This document shows positions 13,251 to 26,693 of a DNA stretch of 64,000 nucleotides, piece after piece (positions within the stretch are counted from its first letter, which is position 1; the number at the start of each line of letters is the position of its first letter). Source of the DNA: Dipteris shenzhenensis (taxonomy: Eukaryota). The notes under the pieces are model-generated. The model did no database searches. It saw only the letters and a program-made list of their open reading frames with translations, and was not told the DNA's origin. A program made the translations under genes and the position numbers. The DNA lies in assembly GCA_047967505.1 (NCBI GenBank), contig CM106538.1. The stretch is one strand, 5' to 3'.

Positions 13251-13410
13251 GATAAGAATTTCAAGTCCTCTCATAAGGATTTCAAACACCCTGCCGGTCT
13301 TCAAGGATTCCAAGTCCTCTTCAAGGATTTCAAGTCCGCTGTCTTCCAAGATTTCCTCAAGGATTCAAGTTCCCAATAAGGATTTCAAGTCTCCTGATAA
13401 GGATTTCAAG
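13251..13410. repeat. Degenerate ~21-bp minisatellite (core AAGGATTTCAAGT, ~8 copies)
   Basis: Repeated gataagaatttcaagt / cataaggatttcaa / tcaaggatttcaagt / aataaggatttcaagt units. Confidence 0.8.
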
Positions 13411-14499
13411 CCTTTTATTGCTCTTCGTCACCCTGCAATCTCAAAGTGCAAACAAATATATGTGCTACAATAAGAACTTTAGGAATCGAACGTCAGTAGC
13501 CACTTGGGCGGGCAAACACTTGCATCCATCTGAGCTACTGCTGCAGACAGTCCCTTATTGTGTTAATGGATAATGAGGATGGGGTGGACTAGCTTTTAAA
13601 GGATTCTCCTTTTATTGCATGATTATTTCCAACTCACATGATTGTCCCTTCACCTTTGCAGTTGAATTGTGTTGTCGATGTTGTTGTTCTGCCACGTTGC
13701 ATGTGGTGTTTTAACCTTTGGTGCTTATGGTGGTGAAATTTCTCCATTTAATTTTTCATTATTTTCACCTATAGATTGCTTATGCTATTGATTTTGAAAG
13801 TTTAATTGTTGGCTTTGGACATTGATGATTATTTGTGTGTTGAAGTGGATGCCATCATACATACTTGGCTGATCACATATGAGTGTATCAACTAGGTAGT
13901 AGATGTAGCAATTTGGTGGATGATCCATAAATATGGCTTCATAAAGAAATTATGTCACAAAATCGTGGGTTGGTATCTCAACCTTGATTTGTTTTACATC
14001 GTCTCGATCAAGAGTTACTTGCATCCTTTTGTCTATTGTACTCTCTTTGATATGATTTGCATATTGCTCTTGCATATGTGCTCTTGTTGCTTGATGTATG
14101 TGGCCATTGTCTAAGGTTTAGGGTTTCTAACTTTGATTGTATGGCATTGCAAAAAATACTCATTGGCGGAACATTGGTTGTCAATGTTGCTTGTCTTGAA
14201 TATTGTCCTCATGCAAGATTTAACTATATCAGACGAATTCTCTGCTTCTTTGATCCTCTTGCATGTTTGATATAATAGTATGAAAGTGTCAATGTAATGC
14301 TTGTTCCTTCTTTTAGAGTGCTGAATTGATGTAATGCTTGTTCCTTCTTTTAGATTACAAATTAATGTCATGTTGAATTGTTGGCCTTATTTTCGTCTTT
14401 GCATATTTTGACATTTTAATCAAATAAGACCTCATGGCTTCAAAGTTGTTTCCAGAACTTTGCATAGTGTGTGATTTTGTTTAGAAATTCTTTAGTTGA

Positions 14500-16070
14500 T
14501 ATGCTGTCTAGATTAACTCTATTGAAAGCTTGGGCCAGCTTCAGAAATACCCTTCGCAGAGTTCCTCCCTCCTTTATCGATGAGATTGACAGGCGACCTA
14601 TCATATGTAATAACAGTATACATGATGAGCATGGTAGGCAGCTTGGTTTGTCTCATTATATGCAGTGGTCCAGGTGGGAGAGAGGGCCTGCCGCCTCGGT
14701 AGGTTCTTGGAAAGCCTTCAAGAGGCTTCTAGAAGATCGTCAACAGCATAATCCATATCACTCGACACATTCAAAATATTTTCAAATATATCCTGTGACT
14801 TGATGAACTCATTCTATTCTTGGTCCACTACCTACAAGCAGATGTTACAAATCCTGAGAGCCAAAGCTTTAGCCAGCACCTTAGGAAGGTATTAAGCATG
14901 GTGATTGGCCTCCAATCCCCAAATTTTAACCATTCCTGGTGCTTCAGAAATAGTTTCACCAAAAATGACCCCTCAACATTGCATGATTAGCCATATCTAT
15001 GAGATCACCTTTTAGCATGTCCCAAAAGGCAACAAATAACTCTGCTGTGAAACTGTCACGTACCAGAGACTTATCTTTTTCCATCATTGACACCACCTCC
15101 CTCAGTTCCTCCTCAACAAACGGGCAGCCCAACATACTTCTCTGGAAATTTCACACCCGCATTTGAACATCCTCCAGCATCTCCGTAAGGCATTCCTTCC
15201 ACTACTAGTCATGTACATTGGCATCCCCAACTATTGAACTTAGTTTCAAGTGGAATACCTCCACCACATGCCAAAACTCAATGACTAAGTTACCTTGTTT
15301 ATGTAGAAGCTAATCAATTCTTTCCCTGATACGCTTTCTCCAAACTGACTAGAAGAAAACTTTGGAGGGATAGTCACCCACTGACAATCAAAGTTGTTGG
15401 CTCTTCAGTTGAGACACCCTTGCATCTTCCAGCTCCTTGACTTGCAATGCAACCTCTGTTTCCACCAACGGGGTCCCCACAAACGGGCCTGCGGATACAA
15501 ATCAAGTTTTCAATGCTGACCTGGCATAGAGCAACGCCTCTTCCTCATGGCTCTTGCACCCACATTGTTCTTTACACCATTTTACACCATTCTTGGGTCA
15601 CCAAGAGGATAGTTTGGACTGATTTATCCCACTTGACACAGAGATCCACAAATCCGACCAGTCTTGAGCCATGTACTGTGAATTTGCTTGCAAAACACTT
15701 TACATTGCAGAAGGCCACTGTCAAATTTTAAAGACACCTCCAGTAACCTACACCATGAGACCATCAAAGAGAACCGCCAGCAGACTGACAAATGATATGG
15801 CAGGACTGAAGGCAAAATGTAGGAGACCCCAAAAGGGGCACATAGGCACGACCCTTCTTCTGAAACATACCGCGTGTCTATCTTACTCGCACAGAACTGA
15901 GACCCCTAGCAACGATTATTCCAGGAAAAGCCACCCATTCCCTGTTCATCTGATTTGGCATAGTCAAGAAGCCCCTAAGACAAAACTAAGTCCTCAAGCT
16001 TCCCTCTTAGCCCCAAAAAAAACTCCGCCCAAGGTGAGACAAAAGTAAGTTCCTTTAGAAGCTTTTCTCC
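14500..16070 (-). mobile_element. Heavily decayed L1-like LINE fragment (RT start, probable endonuclease remnant)
   Basis: Minus strand at 14850-14960 reads VKLFLKHQEWLKFGDWRPITMLNT../KVLAKALALRI, matching the L1 RT motif WRPI.LLN..YK..AK..A.R. Boundaries are approximate. Confidence 0.6.
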
Positions 16071-18468
16071 ACATGGTGATCTATCATGCACTCCTGCTTT
16101 GTCACTACAACCAAGTAGGTCAATGCTTGGTATCACTTCACTCAGCTTCCATTAAAGACCTTGGGAATCTCCTGGTCGGCAAGTTTGCTAGCTATATGGT
16201 GTCGTTGCTAAAGACCTTGGTAATCTTGTAGGGCTCGTTCCAACCAAGTTTGAGATTGGACTTGAGTGGCTCTTGATTCGCATTACACAACAAGACCAAA
16301 CCTCTCTTAAGATTCGTCCAAACAATGTGCCGGTCATGCCAAGATTTCCTCCTTTTTTGGATACTTGTTGCAACCAAGCTACTTGGATGTGCACCTCATC
16401 TAGGTCAGGGAGTTGTTGCAATCATCTCTTGATTGCCACAAGTTTCCCAAGATGATGCTTGACCACCACTTAGAGACTTGGGACAAAAATTCCAAAGATG
16501 ACATAGCCGCCAGGAACAAATGCCATTTTGAAAAGACGATTACCTTGTGATATGGGTGTCCCAATCTCATTGATGTGTGCTCACCATCTTGGTGAGAATG
16601 TACTTGAGAATGTTTTTAGTGGACTTGGCACATTAGGGATAGTAAGTTGTGGCAACTTGGTGCTTCACCATGAACTCAATCATTAGTGATTGGAATACAT
16701 TCATAAAGTTGGATACTAACAATTGGACAACAATAACTTCAAATGATATATTCAAAGATGGATATTGTGCTACCAGTCGAGTTGTCTTGTAGGGCCTTAG
16801 CTTCTACCTACTTGGTAGCATAATGTGTGGCCACATATGTATTTGTTTAGTGTGAACTAAGCCACATTTTTCAAAGGCCTAATGCAATCCAAAGTAATCA
16901 AAGCCTTGGATGTAGTGACATGTGGCGCTACGGGAGTAAGCGACATGTTTGTTTAATAAAACATCACATTCAACACACCAAGCATGCGTATCCCATAACA
17001 AACACAAACCTGCTTGAAAAACTTGTTGAGCTATTAGCTCACCATCACAGTGACCTCTAGTAGGTTCGATATGCACCTTGTTGAGCGCTGTTGCCTGTTC
17101 ATGCAATAGCACCCAATGCCACAATACTCCATCAAGCTATATTTCGAGGCTTTCAAAGTAAACTGTCTGTTCTTGTCTTAGGAGATCTTCTCAAGAAATG
17201 TACCTTGTGATACTATGACATTTGTCATCCTCGGTGCTTGAAAATACAAACAATTGTACATTTGGGGGCTCGATTGTGGCTTCCTGGTTTTGATTTGGGG
17301 TCACTGGGTAAACATGACAAGCAATCTGTATGTGCATGGGATTTTCCAAGCTTGTGAATGATCTTCAAATTGAACTCTTATAATAGTAGCATCCACCTCA
17401 TCAAGTATGACCCCTAAATCACTATCTTGTTCATCTAATACAACAAAGCTTGGTGGTCAACATAGAAGACAAATGGATTACCAAGCAGATAGTGCGGCTT
17501 CATGCTTGATAATGCTATAGTCAAGTGCTCTTATGAACCGCTTGGCATATTGGGTAGTCTAGCCTACCATCTGGCTGTGCCAAAATAATGCCAATTGCAT
17601 AGCCTAAAGCATCCACAAGGACATGGAAACTACATCCACATGGGTTGTTTGAGAATAAGTGTTTGGTTTGCTCATTTATTGAGTTCATGAAATGTTGCAA
17701 ACAACTCCTTGGTCCATTGAAAATGAGTATCCTTCTTGGTCATGTCACATAGAGGTTAGCAAAATCCTTCACTAACCTCATGTAGAAGTTGTTCAATCCA
17801 ACAAAGGATTTGAGTTGTGTTAGATTCTCTGGTTCAGTTATTTGCTTGATTGCTTGGATCTTAGTTAGCTTAGTCTAAATGCGTTCCTTGAAAATTAAGT
17901 GACCAAGCAATACACCAATCTATACATGAAAAACACACTTGGATGGGTTCAGGGAGATGCCTACCTACACTTGGCAAAAAGTTTTTCAAGACAAGTAAAA
18001 TGCATGAACATTGCCTAGTATGAACAAAAATCATCCAAGTAAATGGTAATAAGCTCGGTCAAATAATCTCAAAAAGTCACACCATGAACCTCTAAAAAGT
18101 TGATGGTGCATTACATAGACCAAATGGCATGACTTTACAGGCATATGCAACCCATTATATGATAAATGGAGTCTTATGCTGATCCTTAGGTGCTGAATAA
18201 ATTTGTGCCCATTGTAGCCATCCATAAATGAGTATATCTCATGTCTCGGAAATTGGTAAAGTATACCATCAGTGAAAGGGATTGGAGAAGGATGTGGCAC
18301 TATCTAGGAATTAAGGTCCTGTAATCCATAAACGAGTACATCTCATGTCTTGCAAATTGGTCAGCTATACTATTAGGAAAGGGATCAGAGAAGGATGTTG
18401 CACTGTTTGGGCATTGAGGTTCCTATAATCCACACAAACTCAAAGCTTGCCATTTGTCTTGAGAACCA
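15798..18468 (-). mobile_element. Decayed Ty3/Gypsy pol block (RT-RNaseH-integrase), copy A
   Basis: PSPIPFTDGILYQFPRHEIYSFMDGYNG (Gypsy RT), HIEPTRGH...IAQQVFQAGL (integrase N-terminal region), KLGWNEPYKITKVFSNDT (GPY/F-like). Collinear with 22838-25533. Confidence 0.8.
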
Positions 18469-18474
18469 GCATGA

Positions 18475-19619
18475 ATAGAGTTCGGAGTTGTAGCAGCTCG
18501 TTTGAGAGCCAGTCGGGTCATTGCAGAGGAGCGTCGATGAGCTGATTTCGTCGGCTGAGCATTGAAGGAGAAGGCTGTCCGCTGTGGTCTTTGGAAGCTA
18601 ACCGTTGTTGTCTAGAGTTCGGAGTATCTGTTGTAGCGGCTTGCAGTTGCCCTCAGGTGCAGTGATTGCTGGTAGGCGCTGCTGTGGAGCAGAGACCAGC
18701 GGGATCCATAGGAGTTGAGGCTATCGAGATACCCATCTGTAGGAGCCGCTCAGTTGTCCATCGTTGTGAGCAAGGCTAACTGCTGCAACGCTAGTGTCGT
18801 AGGCTGTGTCGCTTGCCTTTGGAGATTCAGCTACTTGTTGTAGTTTGTTGCATAGAGTAGTTGCCTTTTTCTTGCTTGCTGTTGTAGATTCGGCTGCTTG
18901 CTTGTCATGGCCGTGCTGGAGCTTGCTTGTGCTTTGCTTGTTGCATAGGTCATTTGGCTTGTTTTGCTTTGGCTTGCATGTGCTGCTTGTCGACTGTAGA
19001 AGAGTTGCTGTAGTTTGCTAGCTTTGTAGACTGGCTACTATGGCGATGGCGGCTCAATTGTGGTAGTTCCTAAGGCCGGCTTATGTCCCCTTTGAAAAAG
19101 AGATCAGACAACAGCCATAAGGACCTGAAGCAAAAGATTGAAGACTCTTTCCTAAACTAGAATAGAACTCTCAAGAAAATTGAAGCTTATCCTCTCAAGA
19201 ATGAACATCAACACGAAAAAAATCTACATCTAATATAGGAGAGCTAGGACCTAAGCTCTAATACCATGTCAAAAAGAGGGATCGAGCTCTCCTAGTCATG
19301 AAACAACATCCTAACACAACACTAATCTAAGGAGGATGCAACCTAAGTGCAAACATGATGAAGAGAGTGCTCATGACATGTACCTCAAGTCAATTAGGTT
19401 CCAAGATAGATTAGCTTGGACTCATAAAGAGAATCTTTAGATAGTGCAAAGTGCTTGGTTGATATTACTTCAAATGAACCTCCCTTTTATAGGTGAGGGT
19501 ACTTACATCCATTTTCTTGCTCACATGTGGGATATCTCCTCCATGCCATGTGGTAGCTTGCCCTTTACTCATACCTTTGCTCTATATGTGCTCATGGCAC
19601 CATAACCCTCCATCTAACA
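18475..19619 (-). mobile_element. Truncated LTR element: 5' LTR (19267-19619), PBS and ~0.8 kb of internal sequence
   Basis: Minus strand TGTTAGATGG...TTTTTGACA immediately followed by TGGTATTAGAGC (19255-19266), a tRNA-iMet PBS with one mismatch. No second LTR found. Confidence 0.65.
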
Positions 19620-20859
19620 CTGACAATGATGTTAGGCATGGTGGATATTGGGACGGAAGATTTTGAAAAAACCCACATGTAGAGTGGGTTTCTCATAGAA
19701 AATTCCCTCATAACTGTTATTTAATAGGGGACTATACTTAAAGAAAACCTCTCATAACCCCTCTTCATGGGGGGTGTTTCCAAAGAAACTCATTTGAAGG
19801 AAGCAGTTTATCATGAAACTACCTTGGACTTTGAAGAAATGTTCTCACCACCCCACTTCATGGGGGTTTCTACAAATAAAGCCATTTGTAGGAAGTCTTT
19901 CAAGGTATTTTCACCGACGAAACTATCTTGGACAACATTTAAAGATGTCACAACTTTCACATCCAATGTCCAAATATAGTCATTTAGCCACTCAAATCGA
20001 ACAAAAAGGCCATTTGAGCACATCTACAAGGTTTAAAGTTATAAATTATATCATTTCTAGTCTTAAATTTTGAATATAATTTTTAAGAGTATAAAATGGT
20101 CATAATATATATTTAGTCTTAGCACTTTTTAGTGAAATAATCATTGATTCTAATGATTGATGAAGCCTGTGATGAGAGCCACAAGAAGTGATAAGAAAAC
20201 TATATGGAGAGGAGTTATAATAAGCTATGATTTGATGGAAGCACATAATTTAATTATTGGGTCATTGTTTTTGCCTTGGTTTTTCATGCTTTCTAATTGT
20301 GCTTAATTCATAGAATAGACAATTTATAAAGTTCCTTCTAAACACTCTAGAAATGTCCGACAAATTGCATTCTACTAAACATTCCAGAATGAAAATGAAG
20401 AGATAGGACTTACCACGGTAGTTTCTCTACAAAAAACTCCTTGAGTGTATTGCTAATCTTGAACTGCTCATAAACCTTGCTCATACAATTTTGCTTAGAG
20501 GAAGTGCAACTCCATAAATGGGCACTTATATGCTCCTAGGTTGTACCTAAGTTGAGATCCTACGTTGGTTCTAGAACTAGGTGTTCAAAACCAAGCTCAC
20601 TGATTGCTACCTTTGGCTCTTGCATTCACCAGTCACATCTTCAATGAAGTGACTAGGATAAAGATGTTGTTGCTCTATCAATTTTTCGTCCTTCTTTTTC
20701 TGCTTAAGGTCAGTAGCCTCTTGGAATATGTTTCTCTCTCCCACATGTTAGATTATCATTTCCATCAGTCAAGACTCAACATTCTAAGGAAATTGATCTT
20801 TGATTCCAAGTGTTTGCATCGACAACTACTCAAATCTTTGCTTCAATTAGTGGGGATTT

Positions 20860-21050
20860 GTACCTCGGTATCCCTAGTTTTGATTGTCATGATCTTGAAA
20901 CTCTAATCATGCAACACCTTGGCACTTTTCAACCATGGTCTACCAAATAGAAGTGGATAGGCATTCATTTCCATCGAGATGGCAATCGGAATTATTATGT
21001 AGAGCACTCCTTCAATAGTGATAACTACATCTGACATCATAACTTTGTGC
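20860..21050 (-). mobile_element. Gypsy-type aspartic protease C-terminal fragment
   Basis: Minus strand reads NAYPLLFGRPWLKSAKVLHD, matching the YxLLLGRPWL end of retrotransposon proteases. Confidence 0.55.
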
Positions 21051-21234
21051 AAAATACATTCATACTAGCAAACATGCGTATGCATGGAATCAAACATAAT
21101 CACCTGCAAACCATTCAGAGGTGTGCACGCTCTCTTGTGTGTAGCCTTGTGCCAAGCAAGACCTACAAAGGATAATTGGATATTCTCATGCGAACCTTCA
21201 ATGTTAGCAATGTCCCCTTCCATTTGAAAAGAAA

Positions 21235-21935
21235 ATGTCATGTACTATGAACTCGACATGCCTATGCGGCAGCAAGACACTAAATTACTTGGACAACTTA
21301 ATCACTTGTTGCGAGCAGGTGTACACACCACCAGTGACATCGAAACAATTGTACTATCATCAACCACCTATTAAAGAGAAAGTGCCCTATCTTTTCTACA
21401 CAAACACAACAAAAGAAATTCACAACCATGACGTGTTTCAAAGGCTGGCAACAGACGCTCATTGCATTCATGTTAGACATAAAACATGCAGCAAAACAAT
21501 AAGGATTCCATCGGGCCCAAAATCCTCTAGAGGTTTGCACAAAGAACTACAATTGAAATCCAACATGATAGTTGAAATCTGCTCAGGCAACCTTGACATT
21601 CCAAATGGCCTTGTGAATGGAGCTGATGCTATCTTTAAAGATGCGTTGTTGGATACAAAACCCCCGATTGTTTGGGTTGAGTTTACTAATCCAAATTAGG
21701 GAAGCGTATATGCACAACACACCAATGCCTCTTCAAACAAGACCCTGACCTTGTAAATTGCACGTGAGTTCTAGATTGGAAAAAATGACCTCAACAACGT
21801 TTGCAGGCACAATTACCAATACAACCAGTTGTAGCACGCACAATTCATCATGCACAAGGGCTTTCAATGGACTCCCTTGCATTTGACCCATTAGGAATAA
21901 AGGTCCACGGGCTTATCTACACAACACTCTCTCTC
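21235..21935 (+). pseudogene. Pif1-family SF1 helicase C-terminal fragment (probably Helitron-derived)
   Basis: ELQLKSNMIVEICSGNLDIPNGLVNGA (cf. LxLKxGxxVML.RN...GL.NG) and QLPIQPVVARTIHHAQGLSMD...HGLIYTTLS (cf. QxPL..AxA.TIHKSQG.T...HGQ.YVALSR). Split by a stop/frameshift; no Rep domain or motif I seen. Confidence 0.75.
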
Positions 21936-22837
21936 ATACACGATTTCAGAAGGCTTTTTAGTCATCCTCCAATGCTGCTATCATCCGAGCCACATACTAT
22001 TATAGGACATAGCCCATGCTCTTCTTCAACCCGATGAACTCGGATAAGAACCTGCATGCCGTCCTTTTTTCCCTCCAAAAATTAGGGTCTGTTTATATTA
22101 TATTAGAAAAGTATCGTATCTATCTTTATATCTCTTCCCTGATAAACCAAAAAGGAAGGATGGTCATATCATGCGTTCTGAAGTCAAGATTCAAAACAAA
22201 AATTCCGACTGTCAACTTAATCACATAGCAGATAAGAATAACATTTTTGGATGTCATCTTCTTCTTCCTTGGGAGCCACTGTGTCGAGCTTGCATACTAC
22301 TCTGAGGATTATTGTGCTTGGGATAGCTGGAGGGAGAAGGCGACCCTAGATGGAGTGGACTCTTCGTCGATAGAAAGCATTCAAACGTGTGCTTGTTGTA
22401 GTAGCAGAGGTAGTGGGAGGATTAGGTGGTGTCACGATGGTATCAACAATGCTCTTCACAACAAGTGTCTCAGAAGTCTTGGTAGGGGGATAGATACAGT
22501 ACTAGAAACCAACGGTCTATCACCAACTGGGAGATACTCGAAATTCGGAGTAGATGTCTCATGCTTGACCTTGTAGGTTGCATTAGCAGGATCATTTCTA
22601 GAGACAAGGCGTGTAGGAACAAGTATTCTCTATTGGAGGCTAAAGTGCCAAAGTTAAGCGAGGCCCCGCAATGTCGGTTTCTCTTTGGAAGAGGAGGGGG
22701 AACCTATGATAGCACAGTCGTTGCTGGTGGGGGTATTGGTGAGGTCATCCTTTAGCGGCACAGGTTGTTCTGAGTCGAGATGGGTCTTCTCCTTTTCTTC
22801 CACTTTTGCAATTAAAACCCGAGCTTGCTCCAAGATC

Positions 22838-25780
22838 ATGGCAGGATTGAAGGCAAATGTAGGAACCCCCAAAAGGGCACATAGGCACGACCCTTCTTCT
22901 GAAACATACCACGTGTCTATCTTACTCGCACAGAACTGAGACCCCTAGCAATGATTATTTCAGGAACCACCCATTCCCTATTCATCTGATTTGGCATAGT
23001 TAAGAAGCCCCTAAGACAAAACTAAGTCCTCAAGCTTCCCTCTTAGCCCAAAAAAAAACTCTGCCCAAGGTGAGACAGAACTAAGTTCCTTTAGAGCCTT
23101 TCCTCCACATGGTGATCTATCATGCACTCCTGCTTTGTCACTACAACCAAGTAGGTCAATGCTTGGTATCACTTCACTCAACTTCCATTAAAGACCTTGG
23201 GAATATCTTGGTCGTGTGAGTTTGCTGGCTATATGGTGTCGTTGCTAAAGACCTTGGTAATCTTGTAGGGCTCATTCCAACCAAGTTTGATATTGGACTT
23301 GAGTGGCTCTTGATTCGCATTACACAACAAGACAAGCAAACCTCTCTTAAGATTCATTCGAACAATGTGCCGATCATGCCAAGATCTCCTTTTTTGGATC
23401 ACTTGTTGCAACCAAGCTAGTTGGAAGTCCACCTCATCTAGGTCAGTGAGTTGTTGCAATCATCTCTTGATTGCCACAAGTTCCCCAAGATGATGCTTGA
23501 CCAGCATTTAGAGACTTGGGACAAGAATTCCAAAGACGCCATGGCTGCTAGGAACAAATGCCATTTTTAAAAGATGGTTACCTTGTGATATGGCCAGAGT
23601 GCAGCATAGCGGTGTCCCAATCTCATTGATGTGTGCTCACCATCTTGGTGAGAATGTACTTGAGAATTTTTTTAGTGGACTTGGCTTGACCATTGCACCA
23701 AGGATAGGGTAAGTTGTGGCAACTTGGTGCATCACCACGAAATCGATCATTAGCGATTGAAATACATTCATAAAGTTTGTTACTGACAATTGGACAACCA
23801 TGATATTTTCAAAGATGAACTTCGTTGTGCTACGAGTCGAGTTGTTTTGTAGGGCCTTGACTTCTGCCCACTTGGTGGCATAAGGTGTGGCCGCAATTAT
23901 GTATTTGTTTATTGTGAACTAAGCCACATTTTTCAAAGGCCTAATGTAATCCGAGACCCATATTGCTTTCCATGGCTGGCTTGGATGTAGTGACATGTGA
24001 CACAATGGGAGTAAGTGACATGTTCATTTGATAAAACATCACATTCAACACACCAAGCATGCATATCCCATAACAAACACAAACCTTCCCAAAAAACTTT
24101 TTGAGCTATTAGTAGCTCAGCACAAAATTGACCTCCACTAGGTCCAGTATGTGCCTTGTTGAGCACCATTGCAAATTCATGCAATAGCACCCAATGTCAA
24201 AATACTCCATCTGCTCCTTAGAGATATAACTACCCATGAATCACGCTATATTTCTAGGCTTTCAAAGCAAACTGTTAGTACTTGTCTCGGGAGATCTCTC
24301 AAGAAATGTATCTTGTGATAAATACTATGACATTTCATCATCCTTGGTCCTTGAAAAAAAGAAACAATTGTACATCTGGGAGCTTGATGTGGCTTTCTAG
24401 TTTTGATTTGGATCACTGGGTAAACATGACAAGCAGCCTATACCTGCATAGAATTTTCCTAGCTTGCAAATGATCTTGAAATTGAACTCTTATAATAGTA
24501 GCATCTACCTCATCAAGTGTGACCCCTAAATGACTATCTTGTTTATCTAATACAACAAAGCTTGGTTGTCAACATAGAAGACAAATGGATTATCAACAAG
24601 TAGATAGTGCGGCTTCATGCTTGAAAATGCTATAGTCAAGTGTTGTTATGAACTGCTTGGTACATTGGGTAGTCCAACCTACCATCTGGCTATGCCAAAA
24701 TAATGCCAATTGAATATTTGCTCATTCATTGAGTTCATGAAATGTTCCAAACAACTCCTTGATCCATTGAAAATGTGAGTATCCTTCTTGGTTATTTCAC
24801 ATGGAGGTCAGCATAATCCTTCACTAACCTCATGTAGAAGTTGATCAATCCAACAAAGGATTTGAGTTGTGTCAAATTCTCTAGTTCAGTTATTTGCTCG
24901 ATTGCTTGGATCTTAGTTAGTTCAGTCTAAATGCCTTCCTTGGAAATTAAGTGACCAAGAAATACAATAATCTTTACATGAAAAACACACTTGGATGGGT
25001 TTAGGGAGATGCCTACCTACTAGTACACTTGGCAAAAAGTTCTTCAAGACAAGGAAAATGTATGAACATTGCCCAATATAAACAAAAATCATCCAAGTAA
25101 ATGATAATAATAAGCTCAGTCAAATAATCTAAAAAAGTCTCAACCATGAAACTCTAAACAAGTTGATGGTGCATTACATAAACCATATGGCATGAATGTA
25201 CAGCAATATGCACCCCATTCTATGATAAATGAAGTCTTATGTTGATCCTTAGGTGTTGAATAAATTTGTGCCCACTGAAGCCATCCATAAATGAGTATAT
25301 CTCAGGTCTTGCAAATGGTCAAATATACCATCAGTGAAAGGGATCAGAGAAAGATGTGGCACTCTCTAGGCATTAAGGTTCCTGTAATTCTTAAACGAGT
25401 ACATCTCATGTCTTGCAAATTGGTCAAGTATACCATCAAAAAAGGGATAAGAGAAGGATGCAACACTGTCTAGGCATTGAGGTTCCTCTAATCCACATAA
25501 ACTCAAAGCTTGCCATTTGTCTTGAGCACCACCAAGATCGGGAACAACCAATCACTTCGATCAATTGCGTGAATGAAGCCTATTTAGATCTATTGGCCTA
25601 GCTCAACTTTGACTTCTTGGCATAGTTTTGATTCATCCTATATTTTTGCTAATGCATCGGCTTGGCATATGGTATATACAAAATCTAATGTTGGTAGATC
25701 TCAGGTGGCACTCCCCATAAATTGGTATAGCTCCATACAATATTGCAAGAAAAGAATTTTGACTACCTGAAGGGGATCAT
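22838..25780 (-). mobile_element. Decayed Ty3/Gypsy pol block, copy B
   Basis: Near-identical to 15798-18468 (e.g. HTGPSGGQFCAELLIAQKVFWEGL, KLGWNEPYKITKVFSNDT). Extends further into the RT N-terminus (25530-25780). Confidence 0.8.
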
Positions 25781-26125
25781 CCAATAAATGGGGGGGTGGC
25801 CCTTTTTTTGAGCAAAAACCTCTGAGCCTATTAGGGCATGTTACTAAAAGAATATTTCTCAAAGATACTATATGTTTATCCATAAATCTTGGGACAAAGA
25901 TGGAGAACTTCATCTAACAATGACAATGATGTGAGGCATGGTGGATACTAGGATGGAAAGATTTTGAAAAAACCCACGTGTAGAGTGGGTTTCTCATAGA
26001 AAATGCCCTCATAACTCTTATTTGATAGGGAGTATACTTGAAGAAAACCTCTCATAAACCCTCTTCATGGGGGGTTTGGCAAGGGAATCCACAATCTGGG
26101 GTGGTTTCTCCTTGGCTTGGAGTTA

Positions 26126-26560
26126 CTACAGGAAGAACTCTTGGCAATATGGAGCAATTTTAACAATATAGCTACTATCATGAGGCTGAGGTTCATGTTG
26201 TAGAATGTTTCCCATGCTTGGGTCATCTCCAAGCTTGAGCACTTGATGAAACTTGGCTAAGTTTGGGACTTGATTAATGAGGATTTGTTTGGCTCGATCG
26301 ACTATAGGATTGAATTCAAGTTTTGTGGTAGGACTGCTGTTGGTGCCTTCCCTTTTATTCCTTAGCAAGGTTGGATGCCACCTATTTCTGCTCCTTCCCA
26401 TTGATGTCCTTGGTTTGTGGTGGGGTCATTCTTTGGGACTGGCAGGTGTGTTCCCTTTTATTCCTTAGCAAGGTTGCATGCCACCTATTTCTTCTCCTTC
26501 CCATTGATGTCCTTGGTTTGTAGTGTGGTCCTTCTTTGGGACTAGCAGGTGCATTTCTTT
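26126..26560 (-). repeat. Probable Gypsy gag/protease-linker remnant containing a ~103-bp tandem duplication
   Basis: ttcccttttattccttagcaaggttg...ggcaggtg at 26348-26448 and 26451-26551. The gag origin is inferred from weak similarity only. Confidence 0.55.
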
Positions 26561-26585
26561 GGTGAGCGTGTGCAAAAATGGCGAG

Positions 26586-26619
<34 letters not shown>

Positions 26620-26693
26620 CCCTTGTCACATTCCCATTGAAATGAATTAGTTTTTCTTGTCATATTGTGCTGTGACATTCTGTGTGTGTGTGT

